A stretch of 64,000 nt of DNA from the human T2T-CHM13v2.0 reference genome, Homo sapiens. The notes below the pieces were generated by a model. It did not search any database and was not told the origin of the DNA. It saw only the letters and a program-made list of their open reading frames with translations. Location of the stretch: the NCBI RefSeq assembly GCF_009914755.1, contig NC_060928.1; one strand, written 5' to 3'. Made by a program: the position numbers and the translations under genes. Positions 31,384-45,795 of the stretch are shown here, piece by piece (within the stretch, counting starts at the first letter, position 1; every line of letters begins with the position of its first letter).

Positions 31384-32736
31384 AAACAGTGTCGACCTAG
31401 AGGTTGTAGATTTTATGTGGAGTCTGGAAAGAGCAGTGTTTGGGTGGATCTGATTTGCAACTTCTCACTGCTTAGTGAGCAGAGTATAGTGTGTGACCCA
31501 ATAACCAGCCCTATTATTTTAACCTGAAGAGCTGAATCAAAGCTGGTCTTGTAGGTAATGTTTTGTCCCATTATGACCAATGGGAGGGGTAACCATACTG
31601 AAATGATTTCACTAATATTAAATCTTCAACCAACATTTTCTTACCATTTGTTTATGGCGTCAGGAATATTTGACCCTTGCCATCTCTGTCCAGTCAGCAA
31701 CCATCCATGGGTGTTTAGAGTAGGCAGTGGGAGGGGTGTTCCATTAATCACTCAGATGGGTAGGTCAAAGCACCCTGGTCTAGTTGAGGAAGGAATGCAG
31801 ATTCTGGTTCTGGCAATGCCAATTAAGAGGTAATGTTGTCAAGGCAGGTCACTTAGGCCCTTTGGCTTGGTGTTTCCGTGTCTGTAGTCTGATTGTTGGA
31901 CTAGAGCAGAGATTTTCAAATTGTGTTTTGTGGAACCTTCAGAGATTCCCTAAAGATACCTCAGGGACTACTGAAAGGAGTGAGGGGTACCTGTTAGGAA
32001 GGTTTGAGGGGAAGGTTCCTCCCCTACTCCAACCACACATAGTGAACCATTCACCCCTGTGTGGTGATGGCAGGTGGGACACTGATGGGAGGAATAAGGT
32101 GGTGGAGTGGGGAGAGAATACAAAGAAAGACAGGGTGCTCCTTGGCCACATATGAACCACCTCATTCTTGTGAAAGTTTATTGAGTGCCTCCTAGTTCAG
32201 GCCAGACATCCTCATGAAGACTGAAGAGGTGGCCAAGGCAGCACAGGGTCCAAGGACACAGGCTTCTTAGAGGAGGTGTTTTTCAGTCAGATCCCCAAAA
32301 GCAGCTCCAAAACCATGACTGATTCTAAGGCTGGTGTATGCCCTGTCTCGCTCTCCATAGCAAAAAGAGAGGACTCTTTTCATGTTGCCACTGTAAATGC
32401 CCTGTGTGAGCTACATGCTTCAGTAAGAAATGCCCAGTATCCCTTGGCACCAGCCAAAATTTGCCTTAAATTGTGAACTAATTCATTTTTCTTTGAATTA
32501 TTTCACTGTTGCTTACACTTAGCTGTAATTCTAAACAAACAACTTTGCCAGCGAGCTGTAATGTTTACACTGACCATAACCGAGTTTCTAGATGTCCAGA
32601 TACTTTCTTGACAGCACCTCCTGCCACAGCATACTGTCCCACCAGTCAGGCGAGGTCTTCAGGCCAGGTCCCCTGCAGGAAGACATGGCAATGCTAGCTA
32701 AGATGTCTTGGGTTAGGCATCTGTTTCTCCTGTGCA

Positions 32737-32772
32737 TGCACACACACACAAATGTGCGCACACACACACACA
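32737..32772. repeat. Interrupted (CA)n
   Basis: Two CA runs separated by AATGTGCG. Confidence 0.8.
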
Positions 32773-33244
32773 GTAACTAGATAACTATTAGTCACCAAGG
32801 CATAAATTTTAAACTCTGAAAAATGTAAACGGACACCACATTCCCTATTGTTACAAGTTTAGTCCAGCAGTTAGTCCCACTTTTGCTTCTATAGGAACTA
32901 GGAAATAAACCCTAATCACATTGGTGACCCACAGTCTCAGATACTACAGAAGGCAAGAGTTTGATATTACTTTTCTTTAAAATCACATATATACACAAGC
33001 ATACACACACACAAACAAGCCTCATATTAAAGATTTCTTCTTGGATTTGCATTCACTTCCTCTATATCCACTGTTGCACTTGCTTCTGGTCACACTGATC
33101 TGCCACAGTCTTGCATAAGTCACTTAGCCTTTCTCAGCCTTACCATCTCTATTTATAACATGAGAGAGTTTGCAAGTTCCCAAGGGGCCATGCTGTCTTT
33201 GGCCTAATTCTGTGCCATGTTCTCTGCCTAGAAGCCTGCACCAC

Positions 33245-33443
33245 TCTCCAAGTTTGCCCCTCAGGAGACATTTGGCAATATCTAGAGACATTTTTGGTTG
33301 TCACAACTTTGAGGAAAGGGGATGTGACTGACATCTAAGTAGAGGCCAGAGATACTATTAAACATCCTATAATGCAAAAGTAAGCCCTTACAACAAATAG
33401 TTATCTGGTCCAAATGTCAGTAGTGCCAAGGTTGAGAAACCCT
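33245..33443 (+). mobile_element. MER20 hAT DNA transposon within L2-like sequence
   Basis: GACATTTGGCAATATCTAGAGACATTTTTGGTTGTCACAAC ... GTGCCAAGGTTGAGAAACCCT. Confidence 0.85.
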
Positions 33444-33695
33444 TTTCTAGACCTAGTAATTCCTACAAGTTCTTTACCTAGAAATTTAAATGTCACTTCC
33501 CCCAAAGACCCCTGTCTAATACCCTAAACTGAAGAAAAAGCTATCAGAGCACTTGTCCCCATATGCTGTAATTGTTCTTTACCCATTTTTTTCTTTTTAG
33601 AAGATGAAGGAATATTTCTTGTTTAGTGCTTTATGTATCTCTCAAGCTTAGCACATAATGTAGCAGAATAAGGGAATGGATAGATGGATGGATGG

Positions 33696-36499
33696 TGTCT
33701 TAGTCCATTTAATGTTGCTATACAGAATAACTGAAACTGGGTAATTTATTTTAAAAAGAGAGAGATTTATTTAGCTCAGGATTATACAGACTGGAAAGTT
33801 CGAGGGCGTGGCCCTGGCTTCTGGTGAGGTCTTTCATGCTGGGACATAACATGGTGGAGAAGGTCAATGGAGAAATAGACATGTGCAAAAGACACAAAAC
33901 CCAAGGGGAATCGTTGGCTTTATAACAAACCACTATTATGGGAATTAGTTCAGTCTTGCCAGAGTGAGAACTCACTACCATGAGAACAGCACCAAGCCTT
34001 TCATGAGAGATTTACCTCCGTGACCCAAACGCCTCCCATTAGGCCCCACCTCCCAACACAGACACATTGTCATCTAAGACTCCAGGCAAGCTCCTTTAGA
34101 CTGTAAGCCTGTAAAATAAAAAAATAAGTTACAGTTAATCATTATTGTACAACATTGGTTGGAACTTCATGGGTCCACTTATACATGAATTTTTTTCTGC
34201 TTCTGCCACCCCTAAGATAGCAAGGCCAAACACTTCTCTTCCTCCTCTTCCTCAGCCTACTCGAAATAAAGGATATTGACCTTTATAAGAATGAAGGATA
34301 AAGACCTTTATGAGGATGAAAACCTTTATGATGATCCACTTTCACTTGATAAAGAGTAAATGTATTTTCTCTTCTTTATTATTTTGTGAATAACATTTGC
34401 TTTTCTCTAGCCTACTTTATTATGAGAATATAGTATATAATACATATATAAAATATGTGTTCGTTCACTGTTCATGTTATTGGCAAGGCTTCTGGTCAAC
34501 GGTAGGCTATTATAGTTAAGTTTTGGGGGAGACAAAAGTTATATGTAGATTTTTGACTCTGCAAGGGGTCAGCACCTGAACTCACACATTGTTCAGGGGG
34601 TCAACTGTATTTACTTCCAAGATAAAATGGTTGTACAGGCATTGGGTAAACATTCCCATTCCAAAAGGGAGAAATTAGTCAAAAGAAATAAATGACAAGC
34701 CCCACACAAGTCCAAAACCCAGAAAGGAAGTCATTAAATCTTAAAGCTCCAGAATAAACTCTCAGATTCCATGTTTCTCATCCTGGACTCAATGGTGCAA
34801 GGGGTGGACTCTCATGGCTTTGCTGGTTGTAGCCCACATGGCTGCTCTAACAGGCTGGAGTTAAATGTATGTGGCTTTTTCAGGCTATGGCTGAACACAG
34901 CCAGTGGCTCCACCACTGTGGGGTCCTGGCTGTAGCCCCACCTGTGTGGCTTCACTAGGCATTGCTGTGGTGGGGACTCTGCAGCACTCTGACTTCACAT
35001 TTCTGCTCAGCATTTCCCTAGTAGTTGCACTCTGTGGTGGCTCCATTCTTTCAACAAATCTCTCCCTGGGCCCACAGGCTTTTCCATTCAGCCTTTGAAA
35101 TGTAGGTGGAGAAAGCCACACTTCCATAGCTCTTGCATTCTGTGAGTCTGCAGACTTAGCATCACATGGAAGCCACAAAGGCTTACTGCTTCAGCCCTCC
35201 AGAGCTACAGCCTGAGCCATATGTGGGGCCATTTGAGACGTGGCTACTCTAGCTCAAGCAGCCAAGATGTGGGGAGCAGTGTCCTGAGATAGTGTAGGAG
35301 TGTGGTACCCTGGGGACTGTCCCCCAAAACCATTCTTTCCTCTCAGGCCTTTGGACTCATGATGGGAAGGGTGTCTTCAAAGATCTTTGAAATGCCTTTG
35401 AGACCTTTTTCCCAGTGTTTTGATTATTAGCACCTGGCTCCCTTTTGTCAATGCCCATCTCTATAGCAAGCAGTAGCTGAGTCACACCCTTGGATTCCTC
35501 TCCTGGAAACTCCTTTTTCATTCTCTGTCACATAGCCAGGCTGTGAATTCTCCAAGTTTTTAATACTCTGCTTCTCTTTTAATTTTAAATTCTGTCTTTA
35601 GGTCATTTCTGTGCTGCCATAACTGAGCATAAGTCGTTAAAAGTAACCACACAGCTTCTTGAGTGCTTTGCTGCCTAGAAATTTCTTCCGCCAGATATCC
35701 TAGTTCACTGACTTGAGTTCAGCCTTCCACAAGGCCCTAGGCATGGACACAATGCAGCCAAGTTCTTTTCCCTGGTGTAACATTGGTGACCTTTGCTCCA
35801 GTTCCCAATAAGTTTCTCCTCACTTCTGTCTGAGACCTTGTCAGAATGTCCTTTACTGTCCATGTTTCTATCATTATTTTGGTCATGACCACTCAGCCAG
35901 CCTTTAAAAAGTTCCAAACTTTCTCACGTCTTTTTGTCTTCTGAGCCTCCACCACAGTCACCCTCAATGCTCTGTTCATGGCAATACAGACTTTCTAGCC
36001 TGCTCTTCCAAACTCTTTCAACCTCTGCCCATTACCCAGTTCCAAAGCCACCTATCTTTATAGCCACACCCATTCCTCGGTACCAATTTTCTGTCTTAGT
36101 CTGTTTTGTGTTGCTATAACAGAATACCTGAGACTATGTAATTTATAAAGAGGCTCATTTATGCCATAGTTCTGCAGGCTGAGAAGTTCAAGGGCATGAC
36201 CCTGGGCTCTGGAAAGGGCTTTCATGCTGTATCATTAAATGGTGGGGAAGATCAAAGGGGAAGTGGACATGTGCAAAGAAGAGAGGTGTCCTGGCTTTAT
36301 AACCCACTCTGGAAGGAACTAATTTAGTCTTGCCAGAGTGAGAATTCACTACCACAAGAATGGCACTACATCATTCATGAGGGATCCACCTCCAAGACCC
36401 AAACACCTCCCACTAGGCCCCGCCTCCCATTACTGTTACATTGGGAATCAAATTTCAATAAGAGTTTTGGTGGGGACAAACAATATCCAAACTATGGCG
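33696..36499 (-). mobile_element. Two-LTR MaLR element (MSTB2/MSTC-like LTRs plus MST internal region)
   Basis: Related LTRs at 33696-~34069 and 36092-36499; MST-int between them, with GAAAATTGGTACCGAGG next to the 5' LTR; 5-bp TSD GATGG at 33691-33695 / 36500-36504. Confidence 0.85.
34132..34607 (+). mobile_element. Tigger2a (MER28-type TcMar MITE) nested in MST-int
   Basis: TIRs CAGTT.. / ..TTGTTCAGGGGGTCAACTG with TA TSD at both ends. Confidence 0.85.
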
Positions 36500-36509
36500 G
36501 ATGGATAAA

Positions 36510-37343
36510 GTATTATTAGTTTGCTAGAGCTGCTATAAAATGCCACAGGGTGGGTGGCTTAACCAAAATAAATTTATTTTCTCACAGTTCCAGAGGATGG
36601 AAATCCAAAATCGAGGTGTCAGCAGGTGTTATTGCTTGAATGTTTGTAACCTCCAAAACTCATGTTGAAACTTAGTCCCTGGTGTGGCAGTATTACAAGA
36701 TTAAGAGATGGGGCCTTTAAGAGGTGATTGGGTCATGAGGACTTTGATCTCATGAATGGATTAATTCATTCTTGGATTAATGAATTAATAAATTATCATG
36801 GAATGGGACTTGTGGCTTTGTAGGAAAAGGCAGAGAGACCTGATCTAGCACACTCAGCCCCTTTGCCGTGTGATGCCCTGTGCTGCCTCAGGACACTGGA
36901 GAGAGTCCCCACCAGGAAGAAGGCTTTTACCAGATGCAGTCCTTTGTTCTTGGACTTCTCAGCCTCCATAGCTGTAAGAAATACATTTCTCTTCTTTATA
37001 ATTTGCCCAGTTTCAGGTTTTCTGTTATGAACAACAGAAAACAGACTAAGACAGCAGGTTTAGTTTCTTCTGAAGCTTCTTTCCTTGACTTCCAGATTGC
37101 TCTCTGCTCAGTGTGTGTCCTCACAGTGACCATTTGGTACCACTTTAGAGCCTGACTTTTCTACATCCATCCAAATTTCTCCTTCTTATAAGGACACCAG
37201 TCAGATTGGATTAAATCCACCCTAATTTTTAACTTATCACCTATTTTATCTTAATCACCTCTTTACAGGCCCTATCTCCAAATATAGTCACAGTCTGAGG
37301 TACTAAAGGTTAGGTCTTTAACATATAAATTTGGGGGTGGGGA
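36510..37343 (-). mobile_element. MLT1A0-like LTR interrupted by an MST LTR
   Basis: TTCTCACAGTTCCAGAGG.., AGGCCCTATCTCCAAATATAGTCAC..ACACAATTCAGCCTGTAACA. Confidence 0.8.
36627..37053 (+). mobile_element. MSTB1/B2-like solo LTR
   Basis: CCTCCAAAACTCATGTTGAAACTT ... ACAGACTAAGACA; 5-bp TSD GCAGG at 36622-36626 / 37054-37058. Confidence 0.85.
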
Positions 37344-37589
37344 ACACAATTCAGCCTGTAACAGATAGATTTTCATTATCTCTGACATTCTGAGGTTCAA
37401 CTCCTTAGGAATATGTCTTAATTCAAGACAGTTCTCCTGGTCTCTTCCCAGTACTAGCAGCTTTTCTTCAACAGTCTCTCCACCTTTTATTTCAAATAAC
37501 TGAGGACTGTGAGATCGGCAAATAAAAATTATCTGTTGTAACCTTAGAGCTCACATCCTTAAAGAGATTATCAAAGGCAGACATCAATC

Positions 37590-37770
37590 CATCATTGGAT
37601 CCTGCCTCCCCTACTTACAAACTGTGTGCTCTTGGGCAATTTCAGTTTCTGCTCTGAAAAATGGTATGATAATTATATGAACCTCCAAAAGATAGTGCTA
37701 GGATTCAGTAAGATAATACATAAAATATGCCTAAGGTAGTGCCTGGCACATAGTAAGGATTCAGTGAATG
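37590..37770 (+). mobile_element. MIR SINE
   Basis: CTGTGTGCTCTTGGGCAA..CTGAAAAATGG..GCCTGGCACATAGTAAG. Confidence 0.65.
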
Positions 37771-38089
37771 TTGCGAGGGTGGGGGTGTTTGGGTGTTTCA
37801 GCTATTGAGGTTTTTTGTGTGTGTTAATTACACTTTTTTTCAATATCACAGTAAAGTTTTTCTTTCACGTTAGTAAAAGCTTTGATATTTTCAAGGCAAA
37901 ACATATTTTGCTTTCTAAGTCCTTCCTTTTAGTTGAAGTTACAGATAACTTAAGAAACCAAATTGTCATCAAGTTTTTACTCACAACTCCTACCCTGATA
38001 CCCTGTGTAACCCCAACTCTCAGAAGCTAATGATGGGCTAATGGAAAAATGAGAGGAAAGAGATTTTTAGGACCTAGATCCCCTCTGTC

Positions 38090-38600
38090 AACTTCATCAT
38101 CTCCATCTCATCCATCCCAGCATTCACTCCTGCATTAATCTTGTAGATTCTTGTTCCTTACTATCTCTTAAATATTTCTCCTTCCTAATAGGCTCATCTC
38201 TCCACCTTGGCTGAGACCCTCACCACTTGTTCAGTACCACTTTAGAGCCTGACTTCCCTGATCCTGGACCATGTACCTTCACACCCACACCCTGACTCTG
38301 CCCTCAATTTGATTTTGCCAAAATATAATGCCTCAATGGCTTCCTCTAGCTTTCAGGATAAACTTCAAACTACTTAATCCATGAGCCCTTTCCAATTTGA
38401 CCCCTACTTTCTTCTATAGCTTCTTCCTCTCCCTGCCCCTCCCTCTGAAGGCTCTGTGCTGTTTCACAGGTCTGTCCCTCTCCGCATGTCACACTTTCTA
38501 CTTCAAATCCCCTTCCTCTGTCCTTCACCTAGTCAGCTCCTGCTTGTTCTTCAAACATCCACCTCCTCCAGGAAGCCTTCTTTACTCTCTAGGCTCCAAT
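38090..38600 (+). mobile_element. L2 fragment (continues at ~44700-44810)
   Basis: CCTCAATGGCTTCC..AGGATAAA.., CACCTCCTCCAGGAAGCCTTC; 3' part TGTCTCCCCCACTAGACT after 44760. Confidence 0.6.
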
Positions 38601-39895
38601 AGTAGCTTTTATTTATTGAGGAAAATTTGCATACAATGAAATGCACAAATCTTAAGTATTAATTCAAGAAGTTTTAATAAATGTATACACACCCATGTAA
38701 CCACTACCTCAATAAAAATATAGAAAAATGTTTGTGCTCCTTCCCAGTCGATCCTCACCCCCACCATTCATAAACACCCACCCCACCCTCCTAATTTCTA
38801 CCACCACAGATTAGTTTTGCCTATTCTTGAACTTCATATAAATGGAATCATGGAATCACACTCTTTTCTGTCTGTTTTCTTTTGCTTAATATAGTGTTAT
38901 TGCAATTCATCCATGTAGTATGTTACAGTAGTTCATTCTCTTTTTTAAAATTGCTGAGTAGAATTCCATTGCATGAACATATTACAGTTTGGTTAAACAT
39001 TCACTGCCCTATTGATGGGCATTTGAACTGCTTTTATTTTTTGGCTGTTATGAATAAAGCTGTTATGAACACTGCTAGCATTTTTTATACATCTATGCTT
39101 TGCTCTTGATCTTAAGAGAAGAGTTTAATATCTCACCATTAAGTTTAGTGTTAGCAGTAGGTTTTTTAAAATTTTCCTTTATCAGAATGAGGACGTTTTC
39201 TCCTTAGTTTGCAGAGCTTTTTTTTCTTTTTAAATGATGAAGAGGTGCTAAATATTTTCAAAAATTCTTTTGCATTTATTAAAATAATAATTTGTTTTTT
39301 CTCCTTTTTTCTGTTTATATAGTGAATTAATTGATTTTGAATGTTAAACAATCTTTGCATTCTTTGCATGAATCATAGTCATGATTAATACAATTTTATA
39401 TATTGCTGGATAAAACTTGTCAATTTAAAAGTATTTTTTGCTTCTATGTTTATGAAGGATATTGGTCTCTGATTTTCTTTTCTCAAAAGATTTACTTAAG
39501 TTTTGGTATCGGTATTCTGCTGACCTCATAAAATAAATATGGAAGTATTCCCTCATCCTTTGTTTTCTAGAAGAGTCTTTGTAAACTTGATATCATTTCT
39601 TTAAAAAATGATCAATATAATACACTAGGGAAGCCCTGGGCTGACAGTGTTCCTGTGAGACTGTTTTTATTATTATTATGAACTCTATTTCTTTAATAGA
39701 TATAGAGCTCTTCATATATTCTATTTTTTCTTGTATCCGTTTTAGTAAATTTATCTTTCAAAGAATTTGTCCATTTTATCTACTTCTTAAAATGTAAACA
39801 AATTTTAAAAATTATTTTAAAAATTTTAAAATTAATTTTATAATTGGTTATCTAAACCTCATTTTTTGTTTGTCAGCCTTGCTTGGGATTTGTCC

Positions 39896-40350
<455 letters not shown>

Positions 40351-40421
40351 TAAGATGGAATCCTAGTGATTTTAGACCTTTTTTGTATTACAAGTATTTA
40401 ATGCTAAAAAGTCCCTGTACA

Positions 40422-40715
<294 letters not shown>

Positions 40716-41079
40716 TTAGCTGCATCCCACAATTTTGATATGTTGTGTTTGTATTATTACTAATTCAAAATATTTTCTAGTATCTTTTGCGATTTCTTCT
40801 TTGACTCATGGGTTATTTAGAAATCTATTTCTTAATTTCCAAATACTTAGGACTTATCTAGCTATCTTATTATTAATGATTTCTAATTTAATTTCATCGT
40901 GGTAATAAAACACATACTTTGAGATTTTGAAATTTATTGAGTTTTATTTTACGGCTGAGAATATGACCTGTCTTGCTGGTCATATTCTTGAATGTTCTAT
41001 GTGCAATTATAAAGAATGTTTACATTGAAGTTGTTGTTAGTGTTCCATAAATAGTAGTTAGAGCAAGTTGTTTGATAGT

Positions 41080-41491
41080 TGTATTAGTCCATTCCTGTGT
41101 CACTATAAAGAAATACCTGAGGCTGGGTCATTTATAAAGAAAAGAGGTTTAATTGACTTACAGTTCTACAGGCTGTACAGTGCTGGCATTTGCTTCTGGT
41201 GAGGGCCTCAGGAAGCTTACAAGCATGGCAGAAGGTGAAGTGGGAGTAAGCACGTCACATGGTGAGCGAGGAAGCAAGAGAGCAAGGGGAGAGGTGCAAC
41301 ACATTTTTAAATAACCAGATACCGTGTGAACTAACTGAGCAAGAACTCATTTATCACCAAGGGGATGGTGCTAAACCATTCATGAGGGATCTGCTTCCAT
41401 GAGCCAGTCATCTCCACCAGGCCCCACCTCCAACATTGGGAACCATATTTCAACATGAGATTTGGAGGGGACAAACATCTGAACCATATCA
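41080..41491 (-). mobile_element. MSTB solo LTR
   Basis: TGTATTAGTCCATT..AAGAAATACCTGAGGCTGGG ... GGGGACAAACATCTGAACCATATCA. Confidence 0.85.
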
Positions 41492-42110
41492 TCAGTGATA
41501 TTCAAATATTCTGTATACTCGGTGATTTTTTTTTTTTTTTGTCTAGTTGGTCTACAAATTACTGAGGGAGGTGTGTTAAAAATTGCCAATTATAACTGTG
41601 GATTTGGTTATTTGTTCCTTTAGTTTTTTCAGTATTTGCTTCATGTATTTTGAAGCTCTGTGTTAGACGCATACACACTTATAATTGTAACTTATTCCTG
41701 ATGAAATGATTCATTTATCATTATGAAATGTTCAATGTGCATCTCTTTCACTGGTACTACTTCTTGCTTTGAAGTGTATTTTATCTGATATTAACATTAG
41801 AACACACCTTCTAATACTTAATATTTTTATCACATATCTTTTTCTGTTCCTTTAAACCTACCTATGATTTTATATTGAAAGTGTGTCTCTTGTAGAAAGC
41901 ATATAGCTGTGTTTTGTATTTTTACAAAGTCTGTTTCTGCTTTTTAATAGTGTTTAGTCCATTTTCATTTAATATTATTAGTTATATGGTTGGATTGAAG
42001 TCTATCATTTTCCTGTGTGTTTTCTCTTCATCCCGTCTGCTTTTTATTCTTGTGTTTCTTCTTTCCTGCCTTCTTTGGGTTAATTGAATATCTTTATTAT
42101 TATATTTTAA

Positions 42111-42439
<329 letters not shown>

Positions 42440-42771
42440 TGGTATTCCTTTTTTAATCCTTTTGAGCTACTACTAGGATTATGATATAAATTTTTAATTC
42501 ATCATAGTCTGTGTAGTGTTAATTTGTACCACTTCATGTTAAATTTAAGAATCCTAAACAATGTAATTTAATTTACCACTACTCCATCTTGTGTGCTGTT
42601 ATTATAGATTTTTTATAATCTCCACAAGAAGATGTTATAATTTTAATTTTTGGCATTAAACAGTTACTTGTCTTTGAAGGAAATTAAGAGAAGAAAAATG
42701 ATATCATTCAATATTTACCCATATATCAACTATTTCTATTATTCTTTATTTTTTCTTGTATATCTGAATTT

Positions 42772-42822
42772 CTTCTGAGATCAGATGCCATTGGGCATGG
42801 TCAGGGTGGTATGGCCATAGAC
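42772..42822 (-). pseudogene. 3'-truncated 5S rRNA retropseudogene (first ~51 nt)
   Basis: Minus strand GTCTATGGCCATACCACCCTGACCATGCCCAATGGCATCTGATCTCAGAAG aligns with 5S GTCTACGGCCATACCACCCTGAACGCGCCCGATCTCGTCTGATCTCGGAAG; AATTTCT repeated on both sides. Confidence 0.88.
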
Positions 42823-44564
42823 AAATTTCTATCTGCTATTATTTCCTTTAGTTTGAAGGATTTCCTTTAATAGTTTTTGTAGGAAATCTATTCGCTTTTA
42901 AAACTTTTTTTGAAAATACATTTGTTTTGCCGAATTTTTGAAGGATATTTTTATTGAATATAGAATTTGGGGTTTAGTTTCTTTAAGGCATGCTAAGGAT
43001 GTTTTTTCATTGTCATCTTTTTAAATGTTTTATTAATATCTCAAATTTGTTTTATCAGTTTTTTCATTTTCTTCTGTCTTTGTTTCTGATGAGAAGTCAG
43101 ATATCATTCTCGTCATCTTTTTCCCGTAAATAAGGCATCTTTTTTTCTCTTCTGGATGCTTTAAATTTTTTTCAATTTTCCATTGGTTTTACCAGTTTAA
43201 CTATGGTAGGCATCATCTTCTTTGCATTTATACTGCTTGAGATCCTCTAAGGTGCTTAGGTCCACATGTTAATGTTTTTTACCCAATTTGGAAAATTTTT
43301 GGCCACCATTTTTATAGATTTTTTCTGCTTCATTATCTCCCTTGTTTCCCTCTGGGACTCCAATTTCACATTTTAGACCAATTGATGTTATTCTATGTCC
43401 CCAAGGTTCTAACCACTCTTCAACTTTCATTCTCTGTGTTCTTCAAATGGGAATGTTCAAATATATGTGTACAAGTCCACTGACCCTTTATTCTGCTATA
43501 TTCAACCAATTAAGTCCATCCAGTGGTTTTTTTACTTCTGATATTATACTCCTTGGTTTTATAATTACCACTGCTTTTATAATTTCTGTGTTTCCTAAGA
43601 CTCTCATCTATTCACTCACTATAACCATTTTTCCTTTAAGCCCTTGAGCACATTTATAACAGTTGCTTTAAAGTTATTGTCTGCCAATACCAATCTTTGG
43701 ATTATCCTGGGGTATGTTTCTCTTAAGTGCTTTCTATACTCATATTTTCCTATTTCTTTGTGTGCCTATTATTTTTTGTATACTGATGTTATGCATGATA
43801 CATTGTAGAGACTGCAATCTGTTATCTTTCTCTAGAGATGATGCTATTTGTTGTAGTAGGCATTTAAATTACTGGCTCATCACTTGAATTTGTGGAGGCA
43901 TGATTTCACATTTTTGTTAGGATATGTTTGTTTTTGTTTTGCTTTTAGTCTTAGGATTAATTCCTATATCTTGACTGCTAAGGACTAGCCTCTGTGAGGT
44001 TTCAATGGAAAGCCCAAGGTGTTTACCAAGTCTCTCTGACTTGATGGGAACTATATGCCAGCTCTATCTATACTGAAGTGAATACCAGCTGAAATCTCTG
44101 CTGAGCCTTTTAGATAGTGCTGTCCATTGGGCTCCTGAAGTCTCTCTTGTCCATGCACAGTTCAGGGACTGTTCAAGGATTTGAGGCAGTTTATAGGCAG
44201 GTTTAGAGGCTCCCTACTCCAACTTTCTCCCTCAATTTCCAGCTACTCTGCCACCCCAAACTGTGTTCTCTGATCCTGCAAATCAATACACTGAAAACTT
44301 CTGCTTGAGTTCTGGTTTCCCTACATCTCATGGATTGGAGAGAGCCCCCAAGGCAAAAGTCATCTAAATGTAGCTCTCACTCGTTATGATTTTCTTCTTT
44401 CAGTAATCAAACTCTCTTCACTTTTTGCCTACTTTTCACTGTTCTTGGTGGGTGAATTATAAATAGTGGCTTTTCATATTTTATTTGAGGCTTATCATTG
44501 TTATTTGTGGGATAGTTGGTCTAAACTACTTGACCATTACCAGAATCAGAGCTTTCCCATAGTA

Positions 44565-44689
44565 TTTCTTTTAGAGATGGGTTTCGCTATGTTGCCCAGG
44601 CTGAACTTGAATTCCTGGGCTCAAGCAATCCTCCAGTCTTAGCCTCCTGAGTACCTGGGACTACAGGCGTCCACCACCACACCTAGATA
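44565..44689 (-). mobile_element. FLAM_A-type Alu monomer
   Basis: Monomer; TSD CCCATAGTA at 44556-44564 / 44690-44698. Confidence 0.85.
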
Positions 44690-45329
44690 CCCATAGTAGT
44701 GAACATTCACCTATCACAGAGTGTACCACACTGTGCTGTAATTATGAATTTTAATTGTTATGTCTCCCCCACTAGACTCTAAATCCTTTCCAGCAAGATC
44801 TATTTTCTGTAGTAGATTCCAGACCAGAAAAAATATAGGATATTACACCAAATTCTGTATGTTTTAATATGTTACCAATCCGTGCTTGACAAAGTGATGT
44901 TTTCTGATTGTCAAAGGAACATAAACAGTACAAACAACTGTGGGATCTCAGAATGTTTTACTCAGTGTAACTCTTCTACATGATTAGGGACTTTTCTGCC
45001 ATTTTCATGGTAATGTAGCCTTACTACAAAGCATGTATTCAGGGAGTGGACTCTGTATCTGGCTCTGTAACCTGCAAGAAGCCAGCCTACTACTGCTAAG
45101 ACCTAATGCTCTAAGTTGACTAGTAGGCTTCATAAACTGACCGGGCTCATTTTACAAAGAGTGGGAAGGGGATTCTACATTCTTATTTTCTACAGTTGGT
45201 TAGCCAGAGAGGATACTCCTAGAGGGGGGTTACACCTTAATTTCATTTAACTAGGGGTTTGGTGAGGATCTGAATACCATCATTCTTTTATAAAAGTTGT
45301 GTGGAAGATAATTTAAAGTGTGGAATTGA

Positions 45330-45795
45330 GGAGTCTATGAATTCAGCACTCTTCAATTGTAAGTGACAGAAATACAATTGAAACAGGCTTAAATATAAAA
45401 GAGGATTTTTTTTTCTTTTTGGCTCACATAAATAGGTTAATGGTGAACCTTCAGGCACAATCTATCTCCCTTTCTCTTACTCGGCTTTTGTCTGGAGTCG
45501 GAAGGCATTCCCCAGAGAATGATAAAGATGGCCACTGGTACTCTAGCCCAAATCTCATCAGCTTAGCAACCCCAGTAAGAAAATAATATCTCTCTCTAAA
45601 TAATTACAAGAAATAGTACAGAAAGTCTTCCCATTGCTCTAGCTTGTGTTATGTACTCACACCTGGAGCTGGGGATGGAGTGAGACCAACCCCAGTTGAC
45701 CACATAGGCTGATAGTTGAGCAATGAGGGATTTGCAAAGAAAAAGAGGGATTCTGATAATGGAAGAAGGAGGATAGATGTTAGGCAGACAAAAAC
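45330..45795 (-). mobile_element. Old MLT1 (K/L-like) LTR
   Basis: GTAAGTGACAGAAATACAA..GGCTTAA..GGCTCACATAA; AAGATGGCCAC; CAGCTTAGCAACCCCAG. Confidence 0.55.
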
